Of a DNA stretch of 64,000 nt, positions 33,901-43,957 are shown one piece after another. The stretch comes from Escherichia coli (GTDB lineage Bacteria; Pseudomonadota; Gammaproteobacteria; Enterobacterales; Enterobacteriaceae). Numbering within the stretch: the first letter of the stretch is position 1; each line of letters opens with the position of its first letter. The notes beneath the pieces are model-generated. The model had not been told where the DNA came from and made no database searches. It worked only from the letters and a program-made list of their open reading frames with translations. The position numbers and the translations under genes were made by a program. Location of the stretch: assembly GCF_041886205.1 (NCBI RefSeq), contig NZ_CP169029.1; one strand, 5' to 3'.

Positions 33901-35406
33901 AACATGCCGGGTGGCATGATATCCGCCGGAGGTCACAGCGGACATGCGGAAGGAACGACTCAGGCCGCAGTGGCAGAAGGCACTATCACCATCCGGGACA
34001 GGGACAATCAGAAGCAGAATCTGGCGAACCTGAGCCGTGACCCTGCGCACGCTAATGACAGTATCAGCCCGATATTTGACAAGGAGAAAGAGCAGAGGCG
34101 TCTGCAGACAGTGGGGCTTATCAGTGACATAGGCAGTCAGGTGGCGGATATTGCGCGTACACAGGGAGAACTGAATGCGTTGAAGGCCGCGAAGGAAGCA
34201 ACCGGCGAAACACTTCCTGCTAATGCAACAGAGAAACAACGTCAGGAATATCTTGCGAAACTGCGTGACACGCAGGCTTACAGGAATGAAATGGCGAAGT
34301 ATGGCACTGGTAGTGAAATTCAGCGGGGTATCCAGGTCGCGATGGCAGCGCTTCAGGGCCTGGCGGGCGGCAATATGGCAGGCGCGCTGGCAGGTGCTTC
34401 AGCGCCGGAGCTGGCGAACATCATCGGTCATCACGCGGGTATTGATGACAATACAGCTGCAAAAGCCATTGCCCATGCCATTCTCGGTGGTGTGACAGCA
34501 GCCCTTCAGGGCAACAGTGCGGCAGCAGGCGCAATTGGCGCGGGTACTGGCGAAGTGATCGCGTCAGCCATTGCGAAAAGCCTCTACCCGGACGTAGATC
34601 CGTCGAAACTGACAGAAGAGCAGAAGCAAACTGTAAGCACGCTGGCAACGCTGTCAGCGGGTATGGCCGGCGGTATTGCCAGTGGCGATGTGGCTGGCGC
34701 GGCTGCTGGGGCTGGTGCCGGGAAGAACGTTGTTGAGAATAATTTACTTGGCGGTAGTGAAGATGCTCAGGCTGCGTGGATACGCCAGCATGGTATCGAC
34801 ATGGCGACATGTGCAGAAAACCCTTCCGGTGCCGCCTGCCAGAAAGCAATGAATGAGAGGGATGCTGTAGGGCTGGCTCTGGCAACAGGTACAGTGGCAC
34901 TACTCCCCGGTAGTGCTCAGGCTATGTGGGGACTGGGAGCAAGTGCGAATGCTGGTATCAGTTATCTGGCTGATGGTACTGTAGATCCGGCAAACGCAGC
35001 CATTGCAGGCTGGGTGAATGTGTTCAGCATGGGTAATGGCCTGGCGGGGACTGTGGGCTGGAATGCGGCAGGTGGTGCGCTGGGTAACTGGATCGACAAC
35101 AAAGATCCTCTGTCTGGTGCAATTTCAAATGGTATCGGTTCTGCTGCCGGGTATGGTATCGGTAAAGGTGTTACTTGGGGGACAGATAAGATTACGAATG
35201 CTGTAGGAAAATGGGTGACAAATGGCTGGGATCCTAAGTACGATCCAACATGGATAAAATATGCTGAAGTAAATCGTAACGATATCATTCGAGAAGGCAT
35301 GAAACCGAGCAATGTTCCTGGAACTGCTGGAGATATTGGCGGTTCTATAGGATCTGAGCTAGGTGGAAAAGTAACAGATAAAGTATCTGAGGAACTCAAG
35401 AAATGA
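30903..35406 (+). pseudogene. cdiA: cdiA 3' portion: repeat region, pretoxin region, VENN motif (34732..34743) and a Gly-rich C-terminal toxin domain (CdiA-CT)
   Basis: In-frame continuation of 26444..29553 once IS186 and one duplicate are removed; ...[15 protein letters not shown]... precedes a Gly/Ala-rich CT resembling membrane-acting CdiA-CTs. Confidence 0.8.
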
Positions 35407-35660
35407 AATATTCTTCTCGAGTGGTAATAGGTAAGTTTATTATATGCAGTTCAATTCTCTTATTGTGTTTTATTGGCATGATCTTAGCGGCCATAATAAC
35501 TAAACTAACGTTTGTAGCGTTAGCATGGTTTCAAAGCGGGATTTTTGAAGTTTTGTGGAGCGATATTGTTTATGCTGCTCAGTTGGGTGGTCTGGGGGGG
35601 GGCATATTAGGTTTTTGTTGGGTTTTGTTATATCTTTTTAGGGCAAAGGGCTTTAGTTGA
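35403..35660 (+). CDS. cdiI: CdiI immunity protein (85 aa, integral membrane)
   Basis: Overlaps the cdiA stop (ATGA); hydrophobic small protein [35 protein letters not shown]... Confidence 0.75.
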   Translation: MKYSSRVVIGKFIICSSILLLCFIGMILAAIITKLTFVALAWFQSGIFEVLWSDIVYAAQLGGLGGGILGFCWVLLYLFRAKGFS

Positions 35661-36564
35661 GAATAACTACCTCAGCTACGACGAGGCGCATGCTTTTGAC
35701 AGAGAAATGACGGCCTGTCGTAAAGCGGGTGGAGACTGTGGCGATATTCAGAATAAATATGCTGTATTAAGCGCAGAGAACCGACAGAAATTACACATTG
35801 ATGTGGCTGCAGATCCTCTTACGGCTCTGTCCGGGGAAGATAAATGGAATATTGAGGGCGGACTCAGCGCGGCGGGCCGACCTGGCTGGCTGTATGGTTC
35901 ACTGACTAATCAGGAGGTGAAGGATTACGTGACTGAAGGCAACAGCTACGACCTGAACTATCTGAACAGTAATACGTCGAAGGGTGACAGGGCTCTGGCT
36001 TTCTTCGGGGAACCGGAAAATTACTGGGGTACGGTTGCCGGAGCGGGTTCGTTGTTAACGTCATCAGCCACGCTGACTGAAAAATTTGTCAGTGCCGGGC
36101 TGAGCTATGGGGCTAATGGTGCGGTACAAATTGGTACGGGAAATATCGGTGATAAGTTCGATTATCTCAGTTTCATGATGTCAGGCTTGACTGGTGTAGG
36201 TACAGCCGGGAAAGGATATTACGCTAACCAGTTGTTGGGTGCTGGTAGTGCTTACATGAGCAGCCAGATTGAAGGCCAGGACAGTACCGCATCAGTAGTG
36301 GGTAGCATGGCTGGTACAGGCCTAGGATATAACGTTGGTGCTTCAATTACTAATAAGTTAGAAGCTCAATACATCAAAAATCAACTGGGAATGGACGCCA
36401 GTAAATATTCACTGCAATATTCGGAAAAGTCTATCGGATACGGTATGTATCAAGGCGGACAAATGAGTTCTATACCAGGAACATTTGGTGGATTTGTTGG
36501 TTCATTCGTATCAGAAGGTGCAAGCAGCGCAACGCAAAAAGAAGTTGATGGAGACAAAAAATGA
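35656..36564 (+). CDS. orphan cdiA-CT module 1 (VENN onward; no start codon of its own)
   Basis: Begins [55 protein letters not shown]...; ORF track 35707..36564. Confidence 0.7.
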   Translation, partial: VENNYLSYDEAHAFDREMTACRKAGGDCGDIQNKYAVLSAENRQKLHIDVAADPLTALSGEDKWNIEGGLSAAGRPGWLYGSLTNQEVKDYVTEGNSYDLNYLNSNTSKGDRALAFFGEPENYWGTVAGAGSLLTSSATLTEKFVSAGLSYGANGAVQIGTGNIGDKFDYLSFMMSGLTGVGTAGKGYYANQLLGAGSAYMSSQIEGQDSTASVVGSMAGTGLGYNVGASITNKLEAQYIKNQLGMDASKYSLQYSEKSIGYGMYQGGQMSSIPGTFGGFVGSFVSEGASSATQKEVDGDKK

Positions 36565-36779
36565 AAAAATATCTACTACTTCTTATTAAGTTGTTACTTA
36601 TATCTATAGCTACTTGCTCTATTGGAATAGTGGTTAGTATCTGGCTTATAGCTCGGGAACCAATACCTTCTGAGGTGTATGTAAAATACGGAATAATTGG
36701 CGCAGTAGTTGGCTTATGGGGAGGTGCTGGGATTTGGTTACAACTCTATCTACAAATGCGAAGATACTATCGTAAATAG
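36561..36779 (+). CDS. orphan cdiI immunity 1 (72 aa, membrane)
   Basis: ATGA overlap with the preceding CT; hydrophobic product MKKYLLLLIKLLLISIATCSIGIVVSIWL... Confidence 0.65.
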   Translation: MKKYLLLLIKLLLISIATCSIGIVVSIWLIAREPIPSEVYVKYGIIGAVVGLWGGAGIWLQLYLQMRRYYRK

Positions 36780-36784
36780 TTGTT

Positions 36785-37429
36785 GTTGAGAATAACTCAC
36801 TGGCGCATGTACTGGCAGCAGCGGAAGCGAACAAAGCAGGGACTGCAGAGAAATGGCAGGAAGAGCAGCAGGCTGCGATTAGAGAGGCGTGCAGTGGTGG
36901 TACGCCGGTTTCGTGTGAAACAGCAGTCGCAGCGATGGGAAGTGCAATGGTATGGCCGCTATTGCCAGGGGCGGCAGCCACTACAAGTCTGATAGGTGCA
37001 GGAGCGAATGCCGGCATCGGGTTACTGATTAACGGTGAAGTGAATCCAAATGATGTCATTCTTGGTTACTGGACGGGAGTCTTTACAGCAGGAACTAGGC
37101 TGTGGGGGACGATGGGTGTGAATGCGGCCAGCGGAGCCACATCCAGCTATCTAAAAGGTGATGATCCGCTGAAAGGTGGGGCAATGGGGGGAATGTCGTC
37201 AGGATTAGGATATGGTGCTGGCAAAGTTCTTCAGGGGCAACTCGATAAGTTCATTAATCCAAACTGGAAGAATTGGGAGTGGGTTGATGTTGGTATGGGC
37301 ATATCGAAGCCAATGCCATTAGATCCACTGCCTGGGGTTATCGGCAATATGGGAGGTTCTGCGTCTACAGAATACATCAACGATCGAATAGGAAAATCTT
37401 TGAGTGATAAATCAGGAGATAAGAAATGA
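36785..37429 (+). CDS. orphan cdiA-CT module 2 (VENN onward)
   Basis: Begins VENNSLAHVLAAAEANKAGTAEKWQEEQQAAIREACSGG...; ORF track 36935..37429; Gly-rich CT. Confidence 0.7.
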   Translation, partial: VENNSLAHVLAAAEANKAGTAEKWQEEQQAAIREACSGGTPVSCETAVAAMGSAMVWPLLPGAAATTSLIGAGANAGIGLLINGEVNPNDVILGYWTGVFTAGTRLWGTMGVNAASGATSSYLKGDDPLKGGAMGGMSSGLGYGAGKVLQGQLDKFINPNWKNWEWVDVGMGISKPMPLDPLPGVIGNMGGSASTEYINDRIGKSLSDKSGDKK

Positions 37430-37680
37430 GTTCTTCTGACCGCAAAAAGATCCTGATCCTTTTAATATGCATGGTGACTGGTAGTGCTGTTGGTGTTTTT
37501 ATAACCATACTATCTATGTCTTTATTAATAGATATATATCTATATATCGCAGAAGGTATAAGGTTAGACATGCATACATATAATCTTGAAAAACTTTTTA
37601 AAGTAAGTTCATTCTGTGGTTGTATAGGCGGCGGTGGCTGTTGGTTACTCTATTATCGAAATTATAGAAAAAATAAATAA
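37426..37680 (+). CDS. orphan cdiI immunity 2 (84 aa, membrane)
   Basis: ATGA overlap; MSSSDRKKILILLICMVTGSAVGVFITILSMSLLIDIYL... Confidence 0.65.
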   Translation: MSSSDRKKILILLICMVTGSAVGVFITILSMSLLIDIYLYIAEGIRLDMHTYNLEKLFKVSSFCGCIGGGGCWLLYYRNYRKNK

Positions 37681-37683
37681 TAG

Positions 37684-37809
37684 TTGAGAATAACTACCTC
37701 AGCTACGACGAGGCGCATGCTTTTGACAGAGAAATGACGGCCTGTCGTAAAGCGGGTGGAGACTGTGGCGATATTCAGAATAAATATGCTGTATTAAGCG
37801 CAGAGAACC
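37684..37809 (+). pseudogene. remnant duplicate of the 5' end of orphan cdiA-CT 1, closed by a TAG
   Basis: 37684-37806 matches 35656-35778 ([45 protein letters not shown]) then TAG. Confidence 0.7.
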
Positions 37810-39173
37810 GACAGAAATAGGATATTGCCGGGCTCAGCCGGGACCCGGAAAACGCCAACGGCAGCATTGCACCGATATTTGACAGGGAGAAAGAGCAGAA
37901 GCGTCTTCAGGAAGCGCAGGTTATCAGCCAGATTAGCGGTCAGATGAGTAACATCGTCATGACGTATGGCGAAACTGAAGCGATGAAAGCAGCCAGGAAA
38001 GAGCATCCTGGCATGAGCGATGCACAGTTGCGGGAGACTCCGGAATACAGAGAGGTCATGAAAGGCTACGGTACGGGCAGTACGCCGCAGATGGTGGTAC
38101 AGGCCATCACAGGCGTGCTGGGCGGACTGAATGCAGGGAATCCGGGGCAGGTACTGGCTGGCGGTCTGAATCCGGCAGTGGCACAGCTTATAAAACAGGC
38201 CACCGGCGATAACCGGGAAGCAAACCTGATGGCTCACGCAGTCTGGGGAGCGCTTGCCGCACAACTGGGCGGAAACAATGCGGCTTCCGGTGCTGCAGGG
38301 GCATTCAGCGGTGAACTTGCAGCCCGGTATATCATTGATAACTACTACGGTGGTCGTACCGATAACCTGAGTGAACAGGAACGTCAGCAAATCAGCATGC
38401 TGGCCACCATTGCCTCAGGTATTGCGGGCGGGCTTGTCGGCAACAGTACAAGTGCTGCCGGTACGGGGGCACAGGCAGGCAGGAACTCGGTTGAGAATAA
38501 TGCGCTGAGTCTGGTTGCCAGAGGCTGTGCGGTCGCAGCACCTTGCAGGACTAAAGTTGCAGAGCAGTTGCTGGAAATCGGGGCGAAAGCGGGCATGGCC
38601 GGGCTTGCCGGGGCGGCAGTCAAGGATATGGCCGACAGGATGACCTCCGATGAACTGGAGCATCTGATTACCCTGCAAATGATGGGTAATGATGAGATCA
38701 CTACTAAGTATCTCAGTTCGTTGCATGATAAGTACGGTTCCGGGGCTGCCTCGAATCCGAATATCGGTAAAGATCTGACCGATGCGGAAAAAGTAGAACT
38801 GGGCGGTTCCGGCTCAGGAACCGGTACACCACCACCATCGGAAAATGATCCTAAGCAGCAAAATGAAAAACCTGTAGATAAGCTTAATCAGAAGCAAGAA
38901 AGTGCGATTAAGAAGATCGATAACACTATAAAAAATGCTCTGAAAGATCATGATATTATTGGAACTCTCAAGGATATGGATGGTAAGCCAGTTCCTAAAG
39001 AGAATGGAGGATATTGGGATCATATGCAGGAAATGCAAAATACGCTCAGAGGATTAAGAAATCATGCGGATACGTTGAAAAACGTCAACAATCCTGAAGC
39101 TCAGGCTGCGTATGGCAGAGCAACAGATGCTATTAATAAAATAGAATCAGCCTTGAAAGGATATGGAATATGA
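37810..39173 (+). CDS. orphan module 3: pretoxin region, VENN and a distinct C-terminal toxin domain, derived from a different cdiA allele
   Basis: ...[26 protein letters not shown]... parallels the main cdiA pretoxin region (34010-34740); VENN within [14 protein letters not shown] track 37944..39173. Confidence 0.7.
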
Positions 39174-39556
39174 TTACCTTACGTAAATTGATTGGAAACA
39201 TCAATATGACAAAAGAGCCTGAGCAACAATCACAGCTTGAACTCTGGTTCGAACGTATCATAGATGTGCCTCTTGAAAAGTTAACAGTGGAAGATCTTTG
39301 CCGCGCTATCCGACAAAATTTATGTATTGATCAGTTGATGCCAAGAGTGTTGGAAGTTCTAACTAAAGAGCCGTTAGCGGGTGAATATTACGATGGTGAA
39401 CTAATTGCAGCTTTATCAACGATAAAAGGAGAAGATCTAAAAGATCAGAAAAGTACCTTTACCCAAATAAGGCAACTTATAAACCAGCTAGAACCGTCAG
39501 ATATTAACGATGATTTAAGAAAAGATATATTAAAAATCAATCAGATAATTGTATAA
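39170..39556 (+). CDS. orphan cdiI immunity 3 (128 aa, soluble)
   Basis: ATGA overlap with the module 3 stop; product [43 protein letters not shown]... Confidence 0.6.
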   Translation: MITLRKLIGNINMTKEPEQQSQLELWFERIIDVPLEKLTVEDLCRAIRQNLCIDQLMPRVLEVLTKEPLAGEYYDGELIAALSTIKGEDLKDQKSTFTQIRQLINQLEPSDINDDLRKDILKINQIIV

Positions 39557-39588
39557 CTAATCCCGGTCACTGAGCCGAGATCTTCTTT

Positions 39589-41380
39589 GTGTGCCGGGCA
39601 TGTTCAGCAGCTCGGGGGTGAAAGTCCCCTGTCCAGCCTGATGGTGGCGAAGGACTAGCGAAGCGCAAGGGCGTCGTCGTAAGGCGGGGTCTGAAGGAAG
39701 CGTGAAGCAAATCCATGACCTGACGAACAGAAATCCGATACGAGGCCTACCCGGTTGGCGGAGCAAGCAAAGAATTGCGAAGGCCATAACCATCAAGAAC
39801 CGGGGGGTAAATCGGACAGGTGTGTGGTGAAGGCGTCTGAACTTACCCCGGGAGGCCTGTCCGTCGTTCTGTATCTAGAACTTAGCGTACCGTAAGGGGC
39901 GCTGACCGGCGGACAGGAGTCAGCAGAGGGCATAGTAGGGCATGACACCCGAAGGCCCGAACGGTAATGAGTGACGAGTATCAACGGAGGTTCTGAACGG
40001 TCATGCAGCAGAAAACGCATCGCGCCCCTGAGGCCGGAGAACGGGGTGAAGCCCCGAACGCCGCCCTTCCGGGGGCTGAAACCGTGCAGGCACCGACGAA
40101 CAGAGAAAGTCCGTCGTCAACAGTGTGGCTGATGGAAGCCATTTGTGAACCAGTCAATCTCAGGCAAGCCCTGAAAAGAGTTAAAGCCAACAAAGGTGCA
40201 GCGGGAGTCGATGGTATGCGCGTAAGCGAACTGCCGGACTACCTGAGGCACCACTGGCCAGAGCTGAAAGCGCAACTACTGTCTGGCAGATACCGCCCAT
40301 CTCCTGTGAGAAGAGTGTCCATACCGAAGCCCGGCGGCGGCGAACGTCTGCTGGACATCCCGACGGTGGTGGATCGCTTCATCCAGCAGGCGATGATGCA
40401 GGTATTGCAGGGGCACTGTGGGATAGCTCGTTCAGCGATAACAGCTACGGGTTCCGTCCCGGTCGTTCGGCCCACCAGGCAGTGATACAGGCCCGGGAAC
40501 ATATCGGGGCCGGGTATCACTGGGTGGTCGACCTCGATCTGGAGAAGTTCTTCGACCGGGTAAATCACGATGTGCTGATGAGCCGGATAGAGAAACGAGT
40601 ATCGGATAAACGGGTGTTGTCACTTATCCGCAGGTTCATGAATGCAGGGGTGATGGACGCAGGTCTGGTAAGGCCGGTGACAGAAGGAACGCCGCAGGGC
40701 GGCCCACTGTCGCCGCTGCTATCGAACCTGCTGCTTGACGACCTCGACAAGGAACTGGAGAAACGTGGTCTGAAGTTCGTGCGGTACGCAGACGACTGTA
40801 ATGTCTACGTGAAAAGCGAACGGGCAGACAACCGGATCATGGCGGGGTTGACGCACTGGCTGAGCCATAAACTGAAGCTGAAGGTCAACGCGAAGAAGAG
40901 TGCTGTAGCACGCCCTGAAACGCGCAAGTTCCCTGGATACAGCTTCATAAGGGGGCGGAAGGTATGGTGCGTGGTATCGCCGGAGTCGATAAAACGGTTC
41001 AAAATGCGGATAAGAGCACTGACCGGACGCAACACAGGGAGAAGCCTTGAACAGCTAACCCGGTTGCTAAAACGATATCTGACGGGCTGGAAAAGTTACT
41101 ACGGGCTGAACCAGAGGCCATCGCTGATGCGAGAGCTGAACGGATGGATAAGGCGCAGTCGAGGCGTAAGCAAGGACCTTGCGGCGCAAACAGCAGGAAG
41201 CTGCCATAAAGAGTGGCGGATAAGCTGTAGTCCGGCACTGAATATAGCACTCCCCAATAATCTGTTCTCCAGACTGGGCCTGCCAGAAGTATAGGCAGGC
41301 GACGATCAACATAACCGAACCGCCGTATACGGCCCCATACGTACGGTGGTGTGGGAGGAAGCTGATCGTGAGATCAGCTC
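39589..41380 (+). mobile_element. bacterial group II intron (about 1.8 kb) with a frameshifted intron-encoded protein
   Basis: 5' GTGTG at 39589; internal ORFs encode reverse-transcriptase motifs including the YADD box; a domain V-like hairpin (ACCGCCGTATACGG...ACGTACGGTGGT) lies near 41318-41350; the 3' boundary is approximate (about 20 bp either way). Confidence 0.7.
40003..41294 (+). pseudogene. group II intron reverse transcriptase/maturase split into two ORFs by a frameshift
   Basis: ORF 40003..40485 ends ...QGHCGIARSAITATGSVPVVRPTRQ while the next frame reads SSFSDNSYGFRPGRSAHQAVIQAREHIG... and continues into ORF 40482..41294, which carries ...FVRYADDCNVYV... Confidence 0.75.
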
Positions 41381-41446
41381 CTATCCCGATTTAACCGTCA
41401 GTCTCCCCCAAAATGCCCGTCCTGGCGCTTGTACACTGGCATATTG

Positions 41447-41535
41447 GCATGATCTTAGCGGCCATCATAGCTAAACTAACGTTTGTAGCGTTAACATGGT
41501 TTCAAAGCGGGATTTTTTAAGTTTTGTGGAATGAT
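41447..41535 (+). pseudogene. partial duplicate of cdiI (matches 35473-35561)
   Basis: GGCATGATCTTAGCGGCCAT[CA]ATA[GA]CTAAACTAACGTTTGTAGCGTTA[AG]CATGGTTTCAAAGCGGGATTTTT shared with the cdiI gene. Confidence 0.6.
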
Positions 41536-41591
41536 GCGTATTTTCATGAAAGGAGATCACTCAATAACTTCCATCGAGATCGGGTAATAAC
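41536..41591. repeat. copy 3 of the unclassified palindromic repeat (left half only), truncated by an IS66-family end
   Basis: GCGTATTTTCATGAAAGGAGATCACTCAATAACTTCCATCGAGATCGGGTAATAAC then GTAAGC of the IS begins at 41595. Confidence 0.6.
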
Positions 41592-41956
41592 ATTGTAAGC
41601 TTCCGGGGAACTCATATTGACGCGTTTTTCAGGCGCGCGTCATCGGCGGCGCATACGAACGATCGTGGTCTGATAACGGTTGATTTATTTTGTTGCACAG
41701 GGGCGATCGCCAGGCAGGTACCGGAGGCGGGCTCTGAAGTACTGAGTAGGGTGATCGCGTCAGGCCGCGAAGTACTGACTCGGGGATTAATGGCAGGTGA
41801 TGATGTACTGACCCGGGAATGACTCCGGGCTGATTCAGGTTCTTATTCGCTGTCAGCCCGTGTGGTTGCTGGTCTGGCTCATTTCCTGTCGTCAGGAGTT
41901 CAACTCCCGACTGCAGGTTATGGCCCGGTGCACGAACACCTGACGGCAGGTATCAC

Positions 41957-43444
41957 TCACCCGGAGAAGGTAAATCCCTCAAGAGGCAGCAACTCTGCCA
42001 GTCGCTCCTCCGGCCACTCCGGCAGACGCATCAGGACGTCTGTCAGCCAGGCATGCGGCTCCAGACCGTTGCGTTTCGCGGTTTCCAGCAAGCTCATTAT
42101 TTGCGCGGCGCGTTCTCCTGCCATCTGCGAACCGGCGAACAGCCACGATTTTCTGCCCAGGACCACGTTTTTGATGGCCCGTTCACACACATTATTATCC
42201 AGCGGCACCGCACCATCTTCCAGGAAGCGGCTTAGTTCCACGCGATGAGACAGCGCATAGACAATGGCTTTGTGTAATGCCCTTCCCGGAGAACATTGCG
42301 GTTCCTGCTCTTCAAGCCATGACCACAGATCTTCCAGTATCGGACGGGCATAACGCTGTCGCCACTGGCGGATTTTTTCCACGGGGCGGCTACTGATCTT
42401 CTTCTCAAGACGGTACAACCCCGCGATTTTCTTCACGGCGATGGCAGCCCGTGGATCTTTACTGATTTTATACAGGTCGGCGAAGCCCCTGCGGGCATGG
42501 GACCAGCATCCGGCCAGCGTGATCTCCGGCACTTTGTTTGCCAGAGTCCGGTAAGCTTTATGTCCGTCGACAACCAGCGTCCCGCCCCAGCCCTGAAGCC
42601 AGTTTTCAGGATACTCATGGCTACGTCCGGTCCGGCAGTTGAAGCACACAACTGACGGTCCCGTCCTTTCTCCACTGACGTATGCCCACAGATAACCGGA
42701 GCAGGATTTACCGCCTTTCTTCGTGTTCAGGAGCTTCAGGGTAGTCTCATCTGCATGCACCACCGGACGGTTTATCAACTCGCGATGGAGTAACGCCGCC
42801 AGGGGAGATAATGCGGCACCCGCCGCGCCAACCATGTCAGCCATCGAACTGACGGGAAGCCCGACATCTGAACGGGCAAAGACCTGTTGCTGGCGATACA
42901 GAGGCAGGTGGTCACCGTATTTATTGATGATCACCTGTGCGATGACTGATGGCTCAACGGCACTTTTCGGGAGGATATGTGCCGGCATTTCACCGCTGAA
43001 CACCTTCTGGCAACAGGGACAACTGTATTGCGGACGGACATAACAGTTCACCACGAAGTGAGCGGGAATATACTCCAGCTTTTCACTCACCGCATCACGG
43101 ATATAGTGCAGCGGCTCGTCACATTCAGGGCAATGGTCAGTGTCCGGCTGGATAATTTTTTCCACCCGTGGAAGATGAGCCGGTAAGGATTTGCGTATCG
43201 GGCGTGAACGGGACGCTTTTTCGTCTTCTTCAGGGGATTGCGGGAGCAGTTTATCCAGATGTGCGGTAAGCGCGGCGATATCGACATCAACATCCTCTTC
43301 GAACAGGGAGCGTTGCATACCAGCCAGCGTTTCACATTTTTTACCGAAGCGCTGTTGACGAACCAGTTTCAGCATTTCTTCCAGAAGCTGGATGCGCCGG
43401 CTTTTCTCCAGTAATTCCCGCTCTTTTTCGGCATTCTCCGACAT
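41957..43444 (-). CDS. tnpC: IS66-family TnpC transposase (495 aa)
   Basis: MSENAEKERELLEKSRRIQLLEE...CPECDEPL...DGAVPLDNNVCERAIKNVVLGRKSWLFAGS... Confidence 0.85.
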   Translation of the reverse strand: MSENAEKERELLEKSRRIQLLEEMLKLVRQQRFGKKCETLAGMQRSLFEEDVDVDIAALTAHLDKLLPQSPEEDEKASRSRPIRKSLPAHLPRVEKIIQPDTDHCPECDEPLHYIRDAVSEKLEYIPAHFVVNCYVRPQYSCPCCQKVFSGEMPAHILPKSAVEPSVIAQVIINKYGDHLPLYRQQQVFARSDVGLPVSSMADMVGAAGAALSPLAALLHRELINRPVVHADETTLKLLNTKKGGKSCSGYLWAYVSGERTGPSVVCFNCRTGRSHEYPENWLQGWGGTLVVDGHKAYRTLANKVPEITLAGCWSHARRGFADLYKISKDPRAAIAVKKIAGLYRLEKKISSRPVEKIRQWRQRYARPILEDLWSWLEEQEPQCSPGRALHKAIVYALSHRVELSRFLEDGAVPLDNNVCERAIKNVVLGRKSWLFAGSQMAGERAAQIMSLLETAKRNGLEPHAWLTDVLMRLPEWPEERLAELLPLEGFTFSG

Positions 43445-43564
43445 GACTTTTTATACCATGGCAAGTGCCATGGCACGCAGTTTTTCGATGTCATTCGTGG
43501 TGTTGAGAGCGGAGATGTCCATACAGGGGAGCATACCACTCCGGATACGGATATTAATTATTTT

Positions 43565-43957
43565 TCAATTAGTTAGCAGTGTATTTTGCGTGTTTTCAGG
43601 GCGCAGTTCAGGTTCATTCTGCCAGACCCATTTCGTCAGGTCATGTCCCTTAACCTGCTGCCAGTCAACACCGGCAATCAGCCAGTTAAACTCGTCGGGA
43701 GTGAGGTGCCAGGCAGCATCATTTGCACATGGCCAGCGGAAGCTGCCTTTGTGCAGACGGCGGGTACACAACCACACCCCGTGTTTATCCCACCGGAGAA
43801 CTTTGATACGCGAACGGGCTTTGTTAACAAAGACGAAGGCGGCTCCCCCATGCCATATCGACCGGAGTTCATCCTGTATATACTGCGTCAGTGCGTCGAT
43901 GCCCCGGCGCATGTCAACAGGTTTAATTGCGATGAAGACATTATCAGGACTGAGCAT
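43565..43957 (-). CDS. tnpB: IS66-family TnpB
   Basis: Start MLSPDNVFIAIKPVDMRRGIDAL within ORF 43565..44251. Confidence 0.75.
   Translation of the reverse strand: MLSPDNVFIAIKPVDMRRGIDALTQYIQDELRSIWHGGAAFVFVNKARSRIKVLRWDKHGVWLCTRRLHKGSFRWPCANDAAWHLTPDEFNWLIAGVDWQQVKGHDLTKWVWQNEPELRPENTQNTLLTN

Noticed and set aside
27310-34900. Numerous minus-strand ORFs inside cdiA (e.g. 28072..28581, 32724..33449, 33619..34239, 34421..34900)
   Set aside because: They are antisense to the long CdiA frame in GC-rich repetitive sequence and their products are low-complexity (Pro/Ala/Ser/Arg-rich); typical shadow ORFs.
35656-37809. Possibility that the repeated VENN-containing segments are a CRISPR-like array
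   Set aside because: The repeats are coding, of unequal length, and separated by genes; there are no short regularly spaced direct repeats and no cas genes.
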